From a candidate division FCPU426 bacterium (GTDB taxonomy: Bacteria > Oederibacteriota > Muellerivitia > Muellerivitales > Muellerivitaceae), in NCBI GenBank assembly GCA_963847625.1, contig CAWKAR010000022.1, positions 23,012 to 87,011 of the forward strand: a stretch of DNA of 64,000 bases, given 5' to 3'. This document shows positions 39,377 to 48,617 of this stretch, piece by piece. The stretch's first letter is position 1, and the number at the start of each line of letters is the position of its first letter. The position numbers were made by a program, and so were the translations under genes. Below the pieces are notes generated by a model, which saw only the letters and a program-made list of their open reading frames with translations, had not been told where the DNA came from and searched no databases.

Positions 39377-40726
39377 TTATTTTTCGCGATGATTATTCTC
39401 TAGCCATTCCCTCAAGGAGTCATTATCCGGATCCATATCCAGGATTTTTTGATAGGCTTCCATTGATTTATCATAATAGATATGCGCCAACTTATCCCAT
39501 GCCGGTTTAAAACCAGGTTCCTTTTTAGTGGCTTTGATATACAAATCCAATGCCTCCAAGATCTCTCCTTCTTTTTCTTTTTTCTTACCCAAGTCAAGCA
39601 GTTGGCGGGCGCTCATATTCTCCTCATTCACAACTTTAAATTTGAGCAGAACAGGTTTTAAGGTTTCTTTGTTTGATAAGGATGAAACTGATTTGGGGTG
39701 GTCCCTGGACTGGTCAGTCTCTTGTTTGGAGTTTCGAGGGTTTTCATACGGGGGGAAAGACAGGGTCAGAGAAAGGCGCTGGACGTTTCCCATATCTCCC
39801 TCGAAGGTGAAGGAATAATCCAGTTGAAACCGGCCCAGGGCCGCGCCGGCTCCAAATCCCAGTCCATTCACGTCCCCCAAGTAGTTATCCTGCAAATCGG
39901 AGGAACAACCGGCCCGAATAAAGTAACTCCCCTGAAATGCGTACTCGAACCCGGCCTTAACGCTACTGACACCCTGGAATGCATTATCCAACTCGGCCGA
40001 GAGTAACAGCCTGTGGCGATCCCCCTCCGTCAACTCAATTCGGTAAGCCGCTCCCAATAGCAATTCCAAAGGAAGTTGATAAAACCCGCTTACATCCCCG
40101 ATATTTTTCAGGTTCAATCCGAAGGATAGATCCGGGAGGGGTTTGGAGAGTAAACCCATGTCCCAAACCAAGCTCGAATAATCGTTGCCGCCGATTTCCT
40201 GCTGGATCCATTGCGTTCGGAATCCGGCGAAAAGGAAATCCGCTATCGGGAAGCCGAAAGCGCCGCCAAAACTAAGGTCATAGGGGTCGTAACTCCCCAA
40301 TAAGATTCCTCCGGAATCCCTTTTTTCAATGGCTCCATAGTCGAAATAATTGAAGCCGAAGGCCAAAGTGCCGAGGTCGGATAAGGGATAAGCGACTTCG
40401 GCGGTTTCGTAATATCCGTTGGCGAGGTAGCTGTCATGCGTCAGGGATAATTCCGGGTGCCAAATTTGGGCCAAACCCGCAGGGTTATAGTGGTAAGCCG
40501 CTAAATCGTCCGCCACTGCGGCGAAGCTCTCCCCCATTCCTACCGCTCGGGCGCCCAATCCAATTGAAAGAACCGGAAAGGCGGTGGAACTGGATGAATA
40601 AACGGTTTGCGCGGCCACTGGCATGGCCGCCAGGATCGCCAAGGGTAAGAACCAGGCAACAAGGACCCTGGAAAATTTTATTTTGGGGCAATATTTAAAT
40701 AACCATTTCAGGATTCGATAGTCCAT
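39377..40726 (-). CDS. PorV/PorQ-like outer-membrane beta-barrel with C-terminal TPR
   Basis: LSIGLGARAVGMGESFAAVADD...YNPAGL signature; amphipathic strands; TPR tail ending LREWL. Confidence 0.82.
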   Translation of the reverse strand: MDYRILKWLFKYCPKIKFSRVLVAWFLPLAILAAMPVAAQTVYSSSSTAFPVLSIGLGARAVGMGESFAAVADDLAAYHYNPAGLAQIWHPELSLTHDSYLANGYYETAEVAYPLSDLGTLAFGFNYFDYGAIEKRDSGGILLGSYDPYDLSFGGAFGFPIADFLFAGFRTQWIQQEIGGNDYSSLVWDMGLLSKPLPDLSFGLNLKNIGDVSGFYQLPLELLLGAAYRIELTEGDRHRLLLSAELDNAFQGVSSVKAGFEYAFQGSYFIRAGCSSDLQDNYLGDVNGLGFGAGAALGRFQLDYSFTFEGDMGNVQRLSLTLSFPPYENPRNSKQETDQSRDHPKSVSSLSNKETLKPVLLKFKVVNEENMSARQLLDLGKKKEKEGEILEALDLYIKATKKEPGFKPAWDKLAHIYYDKSMEAYQKILDMDPDNDSLREWLENNHREK

Positions 40727-40739
40727 CTTTTTACCCCAA

Positions 40740-42056
40740 TCAAGGCCGAATGATTGCGAATTTCACCGGTTTCGTCTTGTAGGTTCCGGAAATCGAGGTC
40801 ATTTGCAACAAGTAATAATAGATGCCGTGGGAAAAACCCGAGATATCCAGAGTTTCGGTGTTAGGTCCCGTAAGACCCTGGAATGAGTAAGTGGCCGCCA
40901 ATCCTAAGCTGACGTTATAAATAGATACCTGGACCACCCCGGTTTCACACAAGGTGAAGGATAATGATAAATTCGGCTCGCTGACGGGGTTAGGATAGAC
41001 GTAAGTCCCGAGGATGCCTTGGCAATGGCTTGGGGTCGGCGTCGAGGTGGGGGTGGGGGTAGATGTCAAGGGTGTCAGGGTGCCGGTGGGGGTGAGGGTC
41101 GGTTCCCACCCGCAACCTTGATAAACCGACACGGGACCACCGTTCACATTGCTCACGAAAACATTGCCGGATTTATTGACTGCCACTCCCCAGACAACCG
41201 GTGTAGTATAAGTTGTTAATTGCGACCAATCCGGGCTGTATTTTTGGATGAAATTGCCCTGTGAAAATCCGTTATTATTAGATCCCCCCACGTAAAAATT
41301 TCCCGCCAGATCTGTTCTCATGCCAGATGGATAAGGCGGAACCGCCACCACAATGGGAGTGGGATTCGCCACAGTCGTGTCGAATTTTACGATTGCGCCG
41401 CCATAAGTACTCGTCGCGTACAGATCATTCCCTACTTTGACAAGGGCATTAGTCCCCATAAGAATCCCAGGGCCCCCGTAGGTGGCTGTCGCCGAATAGG
41501 TGGTTCCGCTTCCGGTATATTGGTAAATATAATTCTGGGGGATTGCGGGCGTGGGAGGAGGGAGCGCGGGTATATAGACGTTCTGCTGCGAAACACTCCC
41601 CGCTATATCTTCCACCCAAACCCCAGTGGCGCTGACGCCGGCGGCGATCGGTCCAAGATAATTGTAACCCGAATCGAATTTTTCAACCGCCGCAACCTCA
41701 AAATCCGCCACGTAAATATTTCCAAATCTGTCAACCGCCACGTCCCAGGGGTATTGGAAAGTGACAGGGTCTCCGGGTAAAGGAAAGACAGTGACGGGGC
41801 TGAAGGTGTTGCTGTCAAATACCTGTACCACAAAGTGGGGAAAATCCGTGACGTAAAGGCGGTTTCTGGCATAATCGACAACCATACCGGCGGGCCCGCT
41901 CAATGGGTGGCCAGGGAGGCCTGTAATTTCAGTCAAGCCCTGGCAGAAAATGGAAGCAGGACAAAAAGGGGTGGAAGTTGCGGCTTGGGAAAATCCTGAT
42001 TGAGGCAATGCCCCCAAGATCAAGCCTAGAAGAATGGCCGTTTTGGTCTTTTCCAA
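40740..42056 (-). CDS. secreted NHL-repeat protein with PT linker and T9SS type-A CTD-like domain
   Basis: Signal peptide; PWDVAVDRFGNIYVAD repeats; YVYPNP...SIYN...GIYYY...KFAIIR. Confidence 0.82.
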   Translation of the reverse strand: MEKTKTAILLGLILGALPQSGFSQAATSTPFCPASIFCQGLTEITGLPGHPLSGPAGMVVDYARNRLYVTDFPHFVVQVFDSNTFSPVTVFPLPGDPVTFQYPWDVAVDRFGNIYVADFEVAAVEKFDSGYNYLGPIAAGVSATGVWVEDIAGSVSQQNVYIPALPPPTPAIPQNYIYQYTGSGTTYSATATYGGPGILMGTNALVKVGNDLYATSTYGGAIVKFDTTVANPTPIVVAVPPYPSGMRTDLAGNFYVGGSNNNGFSQGNFIQKYSPDWSQLTTYTTPVVWGVAVNKSGNVFVSNVNGGPVSVYQGCGWEPTLTPTGTLTPLTSTPTPTSTPTPSHCQGILGTYVYPNPVSEPNLSLSFTLCETGVVQVSIYNVSLGLAATYSFQGLTGPNTETLDISGFSHGIYYYLLQMTSISGTYKTKPVKFAIIRP

Positions 42057-42165
42057 TGATCAGATCCCTTACCGGTATTTCTTCCCTGATTTTAGTGGCC
42101 ACCACTAAAGATGCCAGAAAAACTTTGCCGATTTTCCGGCAGACCTGGCTCGGAAGGTCATCGAA

Positions 42166-43179
42166 TTAATCGCCGAATATGACTTCCCTGGATTGGATAT
42201 TTCCCCCCGCATCCAACGTCACAGTATAGGTCCCGGGAGTAACGAGTTTTCCGTTATCGCCCCTTCCGTCCCAGCTGATGAAATTATTGCCTTCCTTGAA
42301 AACCCCGTTGAACAAAAACCTGATCAAATTCCCGGAGGCATTATAAATTTTGACCTCGCCCTGCAGGGAATTTGCCATCGGGAAGGACATGATAACGGGA
42401 AACCCCTCGTCGGTGTGGATCTGGAGCACGGATCCTGTCGTGGGGGGGGGCCCTGCGGAAGGAGTCTGGAAAACCAATAACGAGTTGTTCGAGCTGGTCC
42501 CGGCTCCTTGGGAAGGCAAGGAAGGAGAATTTAACTTCGCGACAAGGACGCTTCCGACGATTCCATTGTCCAAGGGGGCCGCCATGGAATGATTGGCACT
42601 ACCCATTTCCCGGTAACCGGTGATTTTGCTTTTCAAGGTTGTTTTGGCCTTGGCCTTTAGCCGGGCCTTCATTCCACTCAAAACGTGATGTTTTACCTTC
42701 CTCACAGCCGTTTTTTTAATGATTGGAGTGAAGTTTGCGGTTTTCTGGACCTGCTCGGCGGTTTTCTGAATCGTACCGCTTTGATCCAATCCAGTGACAG
42801 CGGAATTCATTCCCGTTACGGCTGGACTGGTTACAGGTAGGTCGCTGGTGGCCTTCGAGGACGTATTGATCCGGAATCCGACATAAAGCAGGCCCACTAC
42901 AGCGGCTATGATAAGGAGGGGCCGGAACGACCTGAAAAAGGACATCCAGGGGGAAGGTTTATACTGTTCCCAAATCGCGTCGATCTTGCTGTCCAGGTGC
43001 GAAGCGATGTCATCGATTCGCATGCCGGGGGCCGTCCCTAGCCTTTCCGCGACAGACTGAGTCACCTTTTCGGAGAATTTGGGGTCCTTTTTCATGAGCT
43101 CGTCGAAAGCGGCTTGAGCCTCTTCCGTAAAGGATCCGTCTAGATAAATTTGGAGCAAATTGTCGGGTGTGAATTTCAT
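42166..43179 (-). CDS. membrane anti-sigma factor with C-terminal FlgD-Ig/CTD-like domain
   Basis: N-terminal LLQIYLDGSF anti-sigma-like helices; single TM; VKIYNASGNLIR...WDGRGDNG...PGTY; ATGA-coupled to ECF sigma. Confidence 0.75.
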   Translation of the reverse strand: MKFTPDNLLQIYLDGSFTEEAQAAFDELMKKDPKFSEKVTQSVAERLGTAPGMRIDDIASHLDSKIDAIWEQYKPSPWMSFFRSFRPLLIIAAVVGLLYVGFRINTSSKATSDLPVTSPAVTGMNSAVTGLDQSGTIQKTAEQVQKTANFTPIIKKTAVRKVKHHVLSGMKARLKAKAKTTLKSKITGYREMGSANHSMAAPLDNGIVGSVLVAKLNSPSLPSQGAGTSSNNSLLVFQTPSAGPPPTTGSVLQIHTDEGFPVIMSFPMANSLQGEVKIYNASGNLIRFLFNGVFKEGNNFISWDGRGDNGKLVTPGTYTVTLDAGGNIQSREVIFGD

Positions 43180-43733
43180 ATTTTAATCTCCTCCCCCTTG
43201 GGAAGTCTCTCACGGACCCGCTCGATAATTTTATTTCGGGCCCGGTATAATGTTGAAGTCACGGTACCTATGGGAATCCTGAGGCGATTGGCGATGGCCT
43301 CGTAGGACAACCCCTTGAGATCCCGAAGGTTGACTATTTCTTTCTCACGGCCTTCCAGGTTCTCTATTTCCCGCCTCACCAGCTGTACCGTTTCTTCGGT
43401 GTAAGGGGGCTTCTGATCTATAGACGGCAAACTCGAAAAAAAATCCAAAGAAAATGGTAAATTTTTTTTCTTTTGTTCCAATAGGTCCCGGCACAGGTTG
43501 ACGGCGATATGGTTCAGCCAGGTCCCCAGGGAACACTCAAAACGGAAAAAACGCAGGTTTTTCAGGGCTTTTATGAAGGTATCCTGGATAACATCCTCTA
43601 CATCGGCGTCTTCCCCCAGGAAATACCAGCATGCGCGAATAAGGGCTTTTTTATAGGAATGATAAATGGCTTGGAAAGCCAGTTGATCACCCTTCAATAC
43701 CTGGTTGACAAGATCGCGTTCGGTCTGGGCCAA
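43176..43733 (-). CDS. ECF RNA polymerase sigma factor
   Basis: GDQLAF, DVEDVIQDTF, FRFECSLGTWL..IAVNLC, GLSYEAIA...GTVTSTLYRAR; TTG start after AAGGA. Confidence 0.93.
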   Translation of the reverse strand: MAQTERDLVNQVLKGDQLAFQAIYHSYKKALIRACWYFLGEDADVEDVIQDTFIKALKNLRFFRFECSLGTWLNHIAVNLCRDLLEQKKKNLPFSLDFFSSLPSIDQKPPYTEETVQLVRREIENLEGREKEIVNLRDLKGLSYEAIANRLRIPIGTVTSTLYRARNKIIERVRERLPKGEEIKI

Positions 43734-43986
43734 TGGATATTCCTTAAAAAACCCCAAAATTAGGTTAATTTTACGGCAATAAAACGGACCTAAAGAGGCC
43801 ATTCCTTTAAGAACAAGGGTTTATTATTAAAAAAGGAATTGAATACCTTGTTTATAATAGAAATAGGCGATATCAATGTGGCCAAATTATACATGATTCG
43901 GGTTATCTTTAAACTTCCTAAAATAGTCAATAATCCTGAGGTGGCAATGGGGGGGCAGGCTTCTTTTCCCTTAAAAAGGGGGTGGG

Positions 43987-44391
43987 TTATGAACCGGATC
44001 CAACGCCAAGCTGGGTCAACACCTTTAGGCTATGGCTTGCGGCGGCCACGACTCGGGCGTTTATGGCGAATGCCGCTTTGGCGATGAGCATTTGGACCAT
44101 TTCCGACGCCAGGTCGACATCCAAAGAATAGAAAAGACCCCCGGGTAAAAGATCAGAGTCCGGTGAACCTGCGGTTCCTTCAAGGCTTCCTGGTCCCACT
44201 TCCCCGTACTGTATCCCTTCCCTTCCGGCAACTCCCTGGACATTCGCAGGCAAGGCGGATTCCTGGTTCATGACTTCCGAAAATGGGACCTCCAAAGCGG
44301 AAGAAATCCTCACTCCGAGAGTATCCATCAGGGTGCTGTTGGATTGAAGCCCCGCTAATCCGTTTTCTAAAGCTGATAATCCCATTTCCAT
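43987..44391 (-). CDS. small flagellar basal-body rod/hook terminal-domain protein (FlgC/FlgE-like ends)
   Basis: N-terminal ALENGLAGL and C-terminal VDLASEMVQMLIAKAAFAINARVV. Confidence 0.7.
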   Translation of the reverse strand: MEMGLSALENGLAGLQSNSTLMDTLGVRISSALEVPFSEVMNQESALPANVQGVAGREGIQYGEVGPGSLEGTAGSPDSDLLPGGLFYSLDVDLASEMVQMLIAKAAFAINARVVAAASHSLKVLTQLGVGSGS

Positions 44392-44485
44392 TCCTCTCTC
44401 TTTATTAACGGCAAATTTATCGAAAACATGAGTTATTTTTTTGGATGAGATATTTTGAAATAGGAGACCTATCGGCGGGAACTTC

Positions 44486-45691
44486 CTAAAAGAAATAAGC
44501 GTTGACCGACAAGCCCGCGTCAAAGCCGGAAAAATCCACCGAGGCCCAACTGTCCCCGCTGGGAACCTTGTCGGTCGGTTCCAGTACCAAGGCGCCTTTG
44601 AGGGTTTTATAGAGTCCGGCGGTTCCCGACCAAAGAGAAGGATTATTGCTGCTGGAAATCGTCGCGTTTCCCGTCAGCCCTGAAAAGGAGGCGTATCGCC
44701 CCCGGAGGGATAATTCGAGGCCGAATCCCGGTGAGAGCATCCACTCGTATCCCAACGCGCCGCTGAGGCAAAAACTGCCGGCCGTAAAATCCAGGGGCCC
44801 TTCGGTAAAGTCGTAGGGTGAGACGATGATCAATTGCCCGAAATAATTGACTACGGCTAAACCATATCCCGCCGCCGCCTTGAGGAAAAACCGGCCGTCT
44901 TTCTGGTTCCAAAAATGGTAATAGGCCAGTTCGGCCGAGAACAGGCTCGGCGCGGCGTCCTGGGCGAAATTATAAGTCACCGAATTACCTGAAATGGTCG
45001 TCACCGCGAGGCCTTCCCCGGCGAAGGAAGTAAACTGGCCCCACGAAAAATCCAGGGCCAACCCGTTGGAAGGGTCCAAGAACGTGCCCCCCTCCAGGGT
45101 AAAAAGAGCCCCATCGTTACCCGCGTCGGCCTTGGCCACCGCCCGGTAAGTCTTGTGCCAGGCTGAAATGGCCTGGTTGAAATCACCCATGGCCCCGTAG
45201 GCGTAACCCCCGTATGTTTTCACCCAAAGCTTAGTGTCCGAAATTGGGTGGGATGGAATCGCCGTGGTTTCCTGGGTTTTTCTGCCCGCGTTCTCTTGAT
45301 CCTGATCTCCTTTGGATCCAACCGTCTCCCCTTCGGAAGCGGCTGTTGGGGCAGAAACAGCTTCCGGATTCCCGGCCCCCAATTGGTCGGCGAACTGCCG
45401 GAGCGAGGGATTATCCGGATGGATTTCCAGGCTCTTTCGGGCGGCCTGCAAAGCTTGGCTGTCTTTTTGAAGGCCGTGGTAGGACTTGGCCATCACTTGG
45501 TAAACCTGCCAAAGGTCCGGCTTGATTTTCAGGGCGTTTTGGCAGAACTGGATGGCCTGGTCGTATTGGGCTTTTTCAAGGGCGTTCACCGCGGCGGCGT
45601 AGTATTGGCTGTAGGTCGTGGCATTTCCCTTGGAAAAGGAAAAAAGAAAGGGAAAAAGAAAAAGAAGGATTAGGAATTTATTCCACATCAT
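44486..45691 (-). CDS. TPR domain plus outer-membrane beta-barrel protein
   Basis: Signal peptide, TPRs (YDQAIQFCQNALKIKPD), barrel strands, C-terminal AGLSVNAYFF. Confidence 0.75.
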   Translation of the reverse strand: MMWNKFLILLFLFPFLFSFSKGNATTYSQYYAAAVNALEKAQYDQAIQFCQNALKIKPDLWQVYQVMAKSYHGLQKDSQALQAARKSLEIHPDNPSLRQFADQLGAGNPEAVSAPTAASEGETVGSKGDQDQENAGRKTQETTAIPSHPISDTKLWVKTYGGYAYGAMGDFNQAISAWHKTYRAVAKADAGNDGALFTLEGGTFLDPSNGLALDFSWGQFTSFAGEGLAVTTISGNSVTYNFAQDAAPSLFSAELAYYHFWNQKDGRFFLKAAAGYGLAVVNYFGQLIIVSPYDFTEGPLDFTAGSFCLSGALGYEWMLSPGFGLELSLRGRYASFSGLTGNATISSSNNPSLWSGTAGLYKTLKGALVLEPTDKVPSGDSWASVDFSGFDAGLSVNAYFF

Positions 45692-45774
45692 TCGCCTTCC
45701 AAATGATAAAAGCCGGTTTCCTAGGAAAAAGAAAACCGGCTTTTGTTGGAACCACATTCAAATCGGACAATCTG

Positions 45775-46260
45775 CTAATTAATGGCGGCCTCAGCCTTCA
45801 TGCGGTACTGAGGCCCAACGCGCACGAGGCCCTTGCAGCTGGGCGCCCCGCACTGGCATTTGAACTCGTAGGACCAGTTCCCCACGTCGTCGGTTTCCGT
45901 GTAGTCCCAGCTGATTTCCTCGCCCGTGGAAATATCCCGGCAGGCCACCAAAACCACCCCGTTCACGACCTTTGAACTTGGTTCACAGGAATGGTTGACG
46001 AAACAGAGGGGATCGCAACCGTTCTCGTAATCGTGGAGCATGATGAAACCGGGGTAAATATACATGGCGTGGTCAATGTTCAGCTTTTCCTCGGGAACGA
46101 CGCGGGAGAGTGATTCAATTGATTCCTCGGGTACCACGATCCCCCCGAACACCCCGATGACGTCGCCTTCCTTGATATCCCTGACCGCGTAAACCCCTTT
46201 GCCTTCCATCCCGCTTTGCCTTACTTCCACTGCTTCGCTGACCCAAGGCTTTATTTTCAT
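45775..46260 (-). CDS. SET-domain protein-lysine methyltransferase with post-SET
   Basis: GKGVYA, FVNHSCEP, GEEISWDY, CQCGAPSC. Confidence 0.92.
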   Translation of the reverse strand: MKIKPWVSEAVEVRQSGMEGKGVYAVRDIKEGDVIGVFGGIVVPEESIESLSRVVPEEKLNIDHAMYIYPGFIMLHDYENGCDPLCFVNHSCEPSSKVVNGVVLVACRDISTGEEISWDYTETDDVGNWSYEFKCQCGAPSCKGLVRVGPQYRMKAEAAIN

Positions 46261-46451
46261 TTGTCCTTGTCTAACCGTCCTTTGTAACAGATTGAGGGTT
46301 TCCCCGCCGGCCGGGCGGGGTCCCTATATATGGGGGTGATTTTATCGCAAACCCCCCGGCGGTTCATCGGTTCTTTGGGATTTTTTTAGGGGGTTTTTAA
46401 AGGGCTTTTGCCCAAGGAGAGGTCCCCCAGGGGGGCAGAGAGGATGAAGGC

Positions 46452-46631
46452 TTGACCCGCCTGGGTGGCCTGAGAAACCCGTTATCGGCTTGGAGAACGA
46501 AGAGATAAAAGCCACTGTGGGTTAACGACCCCGTATACAGGGTTACGGCACCTTATACTGGGTAACGCCTTCGTTTACCGGGTTGCGAGCCCATGCCGCC
46601 AGGAATTCGGCTAGGGAATAATTCGGGTCAA
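46452..46631. ncRNA. candidate rod-like structured RNA (6S-like size, unassigned)
   Basis: Nested complementary pairs TTGACCCG/CGGGTCAA, CCTGG/CCAGG, AACCCG/CGGGTT, AACGAAG/CTTCGTT, ACCC/GGGT. Confidence 0.5.
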
Positions 46632-47386
46632 TTGATAAGCGGATCTTTCAATCCAGCTTCCTTGAAACCCTTGGCGCGAAGCAGGCAGGAATCGCACTTA
46701 CCACATGGTATCCATTCCCCATAAGAATGGACACGGCCAATTCGCGCGCCTCGGCTTGTAGCCTTGGCGCTAGGCCCGTTCCCCTTAGGCTTGGGGTCGT
46801 AACAGGAATGGGTAAGGCTGTAATCCACCTTTAACTTTTGCCCAGCCCTGATGATTTGGGCCTTGGTCATGCGGATCAAGGGAGTGTGGATTTTGAGTTT
46901 CCCCTTCCCTTCCACCCCCTTCTTGGTGGCCAATTTGGCGAGTTTTTCAAAGGCCCGGATGAACTCCGGCCGGCAGTCGGGATATCCGCTGTAATCCAGG
47001 GCGTTCACGCCGATGAAGAGATGCTCCGCGCCCAAGACCTCGGCCCAGGCCATGGCCAACGCCAGGAATACCGTGTTGCGGGCAGGAACGTAAGTGGAAG
47101 GAATTCCCTTCCCCATGGCCCGGAGGCTCCTTTGCTTGGGAACCTTGATCTTCCGATCCGTCAGGGACGAACCACCAATAGAAGTGAGCGGGACATCCAA
47201 CACCAGGTGTTTCTTCACCCCATAGGCCTTGGACACCCTCCGGGCGGCCTTCAGCTCAGCATGATGCCTCTGGCCGTAAAAAAGGGACAGCGCGTAGGGT
47301 TCAAATCCCTGTTTTTTCGCCAGGGCCAGGCAGGTCGTGGAGTCCAGGCCCCCGGAAACCAATACCACGGCCTTCTTTTTTTCCAT
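46628..47386 (-). CDS. queC: 7-cyano-7-deazaguanine synthase
   Basis: [32 protein letters not shown]...CGKCDSC. Confidence 0.97.
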   Translation of the reverse strand: MEKKKAVVLVSGGLDSTTCLALAKKQGFEPYALSLFYGQRHHAELKAARRVSKAYGVKKHLVLDVPLTSIGGSSLTDRKIKVPKQRSLRAMGKGIPSTYVPARNTVFLALAMAWAEVLGAEHLFIGVNALDYSGYPDCRPEFIRAFEKLAKLATKKGVEGKGKLKIHTPLIRMTKAQIIRAGQKLKVDYSLTHSCYDPKPKGNGPSAKATSRGARIGRVHSYGEWIPCGKCDSCLLRAKGFKEAGLKDPLIN

Positions 47387-47432
47387 TCAGTATCCCCTTG
47401 GTTGGCCATCAGCTATCCGCTACCCACTGCCT

Positions 47433-48095
47433 TTATTTTCCTTTTTTATCATTCGGCCAAACATACTTGTGCATTTGCAACTGGAACCTCACGGGCAACC
47501 GATCCGCTGTGATCCATTCGGCCAAGTCTGATGATTTGAGACTCTTATAAACGGGTGAAAAGAGAAGAGTGTTCTTCCCGGCCAATCCCCGCCCGATAAC
47601 CACCCACTTCGCCCATTCGTAGTCCGCCTTGTCCCGGATGACGAATTTAATCTCATCCTGGCCCGGCACCAGTTTTTCGAGGTTTTCCAAAAGGTTCCTT
47701 AATTCCATGCCGGAACCGGGGCACTTGAGATCCATGATTTTGACAACTCGCCTGGGTACCCTACCCACATCCACCGCCCCGCTGGTTTCAAGAAGCACCT
47801 GGTAGCCCTTTTGGAGGAGGGCTTCCATCAAGGGATAAACGCCCTCCTGTTCGAGTGGTTCCCCGCCCGTGATTTCAACCAATTTGATTCCATAGGATTC
47901 AACCTGAGTCAGGATTTCTTCCGGGTTCCGGTCCTGCCCCTCGTAAAAGGCGTAGGCCGTGTCGCACCATACGCACCTCAGGGAACACCCGGTCAGCCGC
48001 ACGAAGACGCAGGGAAGCCCCGCCCAGGTGGATTCTCCCTGGAGGCTCAAATAAATTTCATTGATTTTCACGCGGATTGCGGATGGTACGGCCAT
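47433..48095 (-). CDS. queE: 7-carboxy-7-deazaguanine synthase (radical SAM)
   Basis: EIYLSLQGE, CSLRCVWCDT, ITGGEPL, LQMHK. Confidence 0.95.
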   Translation of the reverse strand: MAVPSAIRVKINEIYLSLQGESTWAGLPCVFVRLTGCSLRCVWCDTAYAFYEGQDRNPEEILTQVESYGIKLVEITGGEPLEQEGVYPLMEALLQKGYQVLLETSGAVDVGRVPRRVVKIMDLKCPGSGMELRNLLENLEKLVPGQDEIKFVIRDKADYEWAKWVVIGRGLAGKNTLLFSPVYKSLKSSDLAEWITADRLPVRFQLQMHKYVWPNDKKGK

Positions 48096-48098
48096 GGA

Positions 48099-48617
48099 TT
48101 AAAAAACCAGGCCCTGGATGGCCAGCTTGCCGCCCTTGCCCGCCAGTGCTCGCACGTAGATCTTTCCGGAGCGCAGGTTGGCCAGTTCGCTTTTCCGTTT
48201 TTCGCTGAAGTAATACTTCTCAATGCCGAATGTCACCGCGTTATTGTAAAACCATTCGCCCACCACCCAAACGCCCTCCCCGGTTTTCAGGTCGGAGGGA
48301 GGAGGCACCTGGCACCGGACGGCCTGCCAGAGCGTGTATTCGATACCGCCGACATTGACCTGTCCGCCCGCCTTGAGCAATACTCCGATTTGCGCCGCCC
48401 GGCCGGGCTCGGGTTTGGGGAACCCCAGAAGCTGTTCCACCTGCGCGATCTTATACTTCAATTGCAGGTACTGGCCCGAAATCAAGTCGCGCGGATCCAC
48501 GGGCAATGTCTCCAGCAATACGACCTGCCCGGAAGCCTTTATCCACTCCTCGTAACCGACCCAAGCCGAGAAAAAAAGGATTTGGACGAGAAGCGTCCAC
48601 CGGACCCAGCTTTTCAT
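48099..48617 (-). CDS. GDYXXLXY domain protein
   Basis: PVDPRDLISGQYLQLKY, FGIEKYYFSE. Confidence 0.88.
   Translation of the reverse strand: MKSWVRWTLLVQILFFSAWVGYEEWIKASGQVVLLETLPVDPRDLISGQYLQLKYKIAQVEQLLGFPKPEPGRAAQIGVLLKAGGQVNVGGIEYTLWQAVRCQVPPPSDLKTGEGVWVVGEWFYNNAVTFGIEKYYFSEKRKSELANLRSGKIYVRALAGKGGKLAIQGLVF

Noticed and set aside
46505-46610. Cobalamin riboswitch (AAGCCACTG), SRP Alu-like CTCGCAACCCG, or preQ1 riboswitch
   Set aside because: Other required conserved elements are missing, and the element lies downstream of queC rather than in a leader
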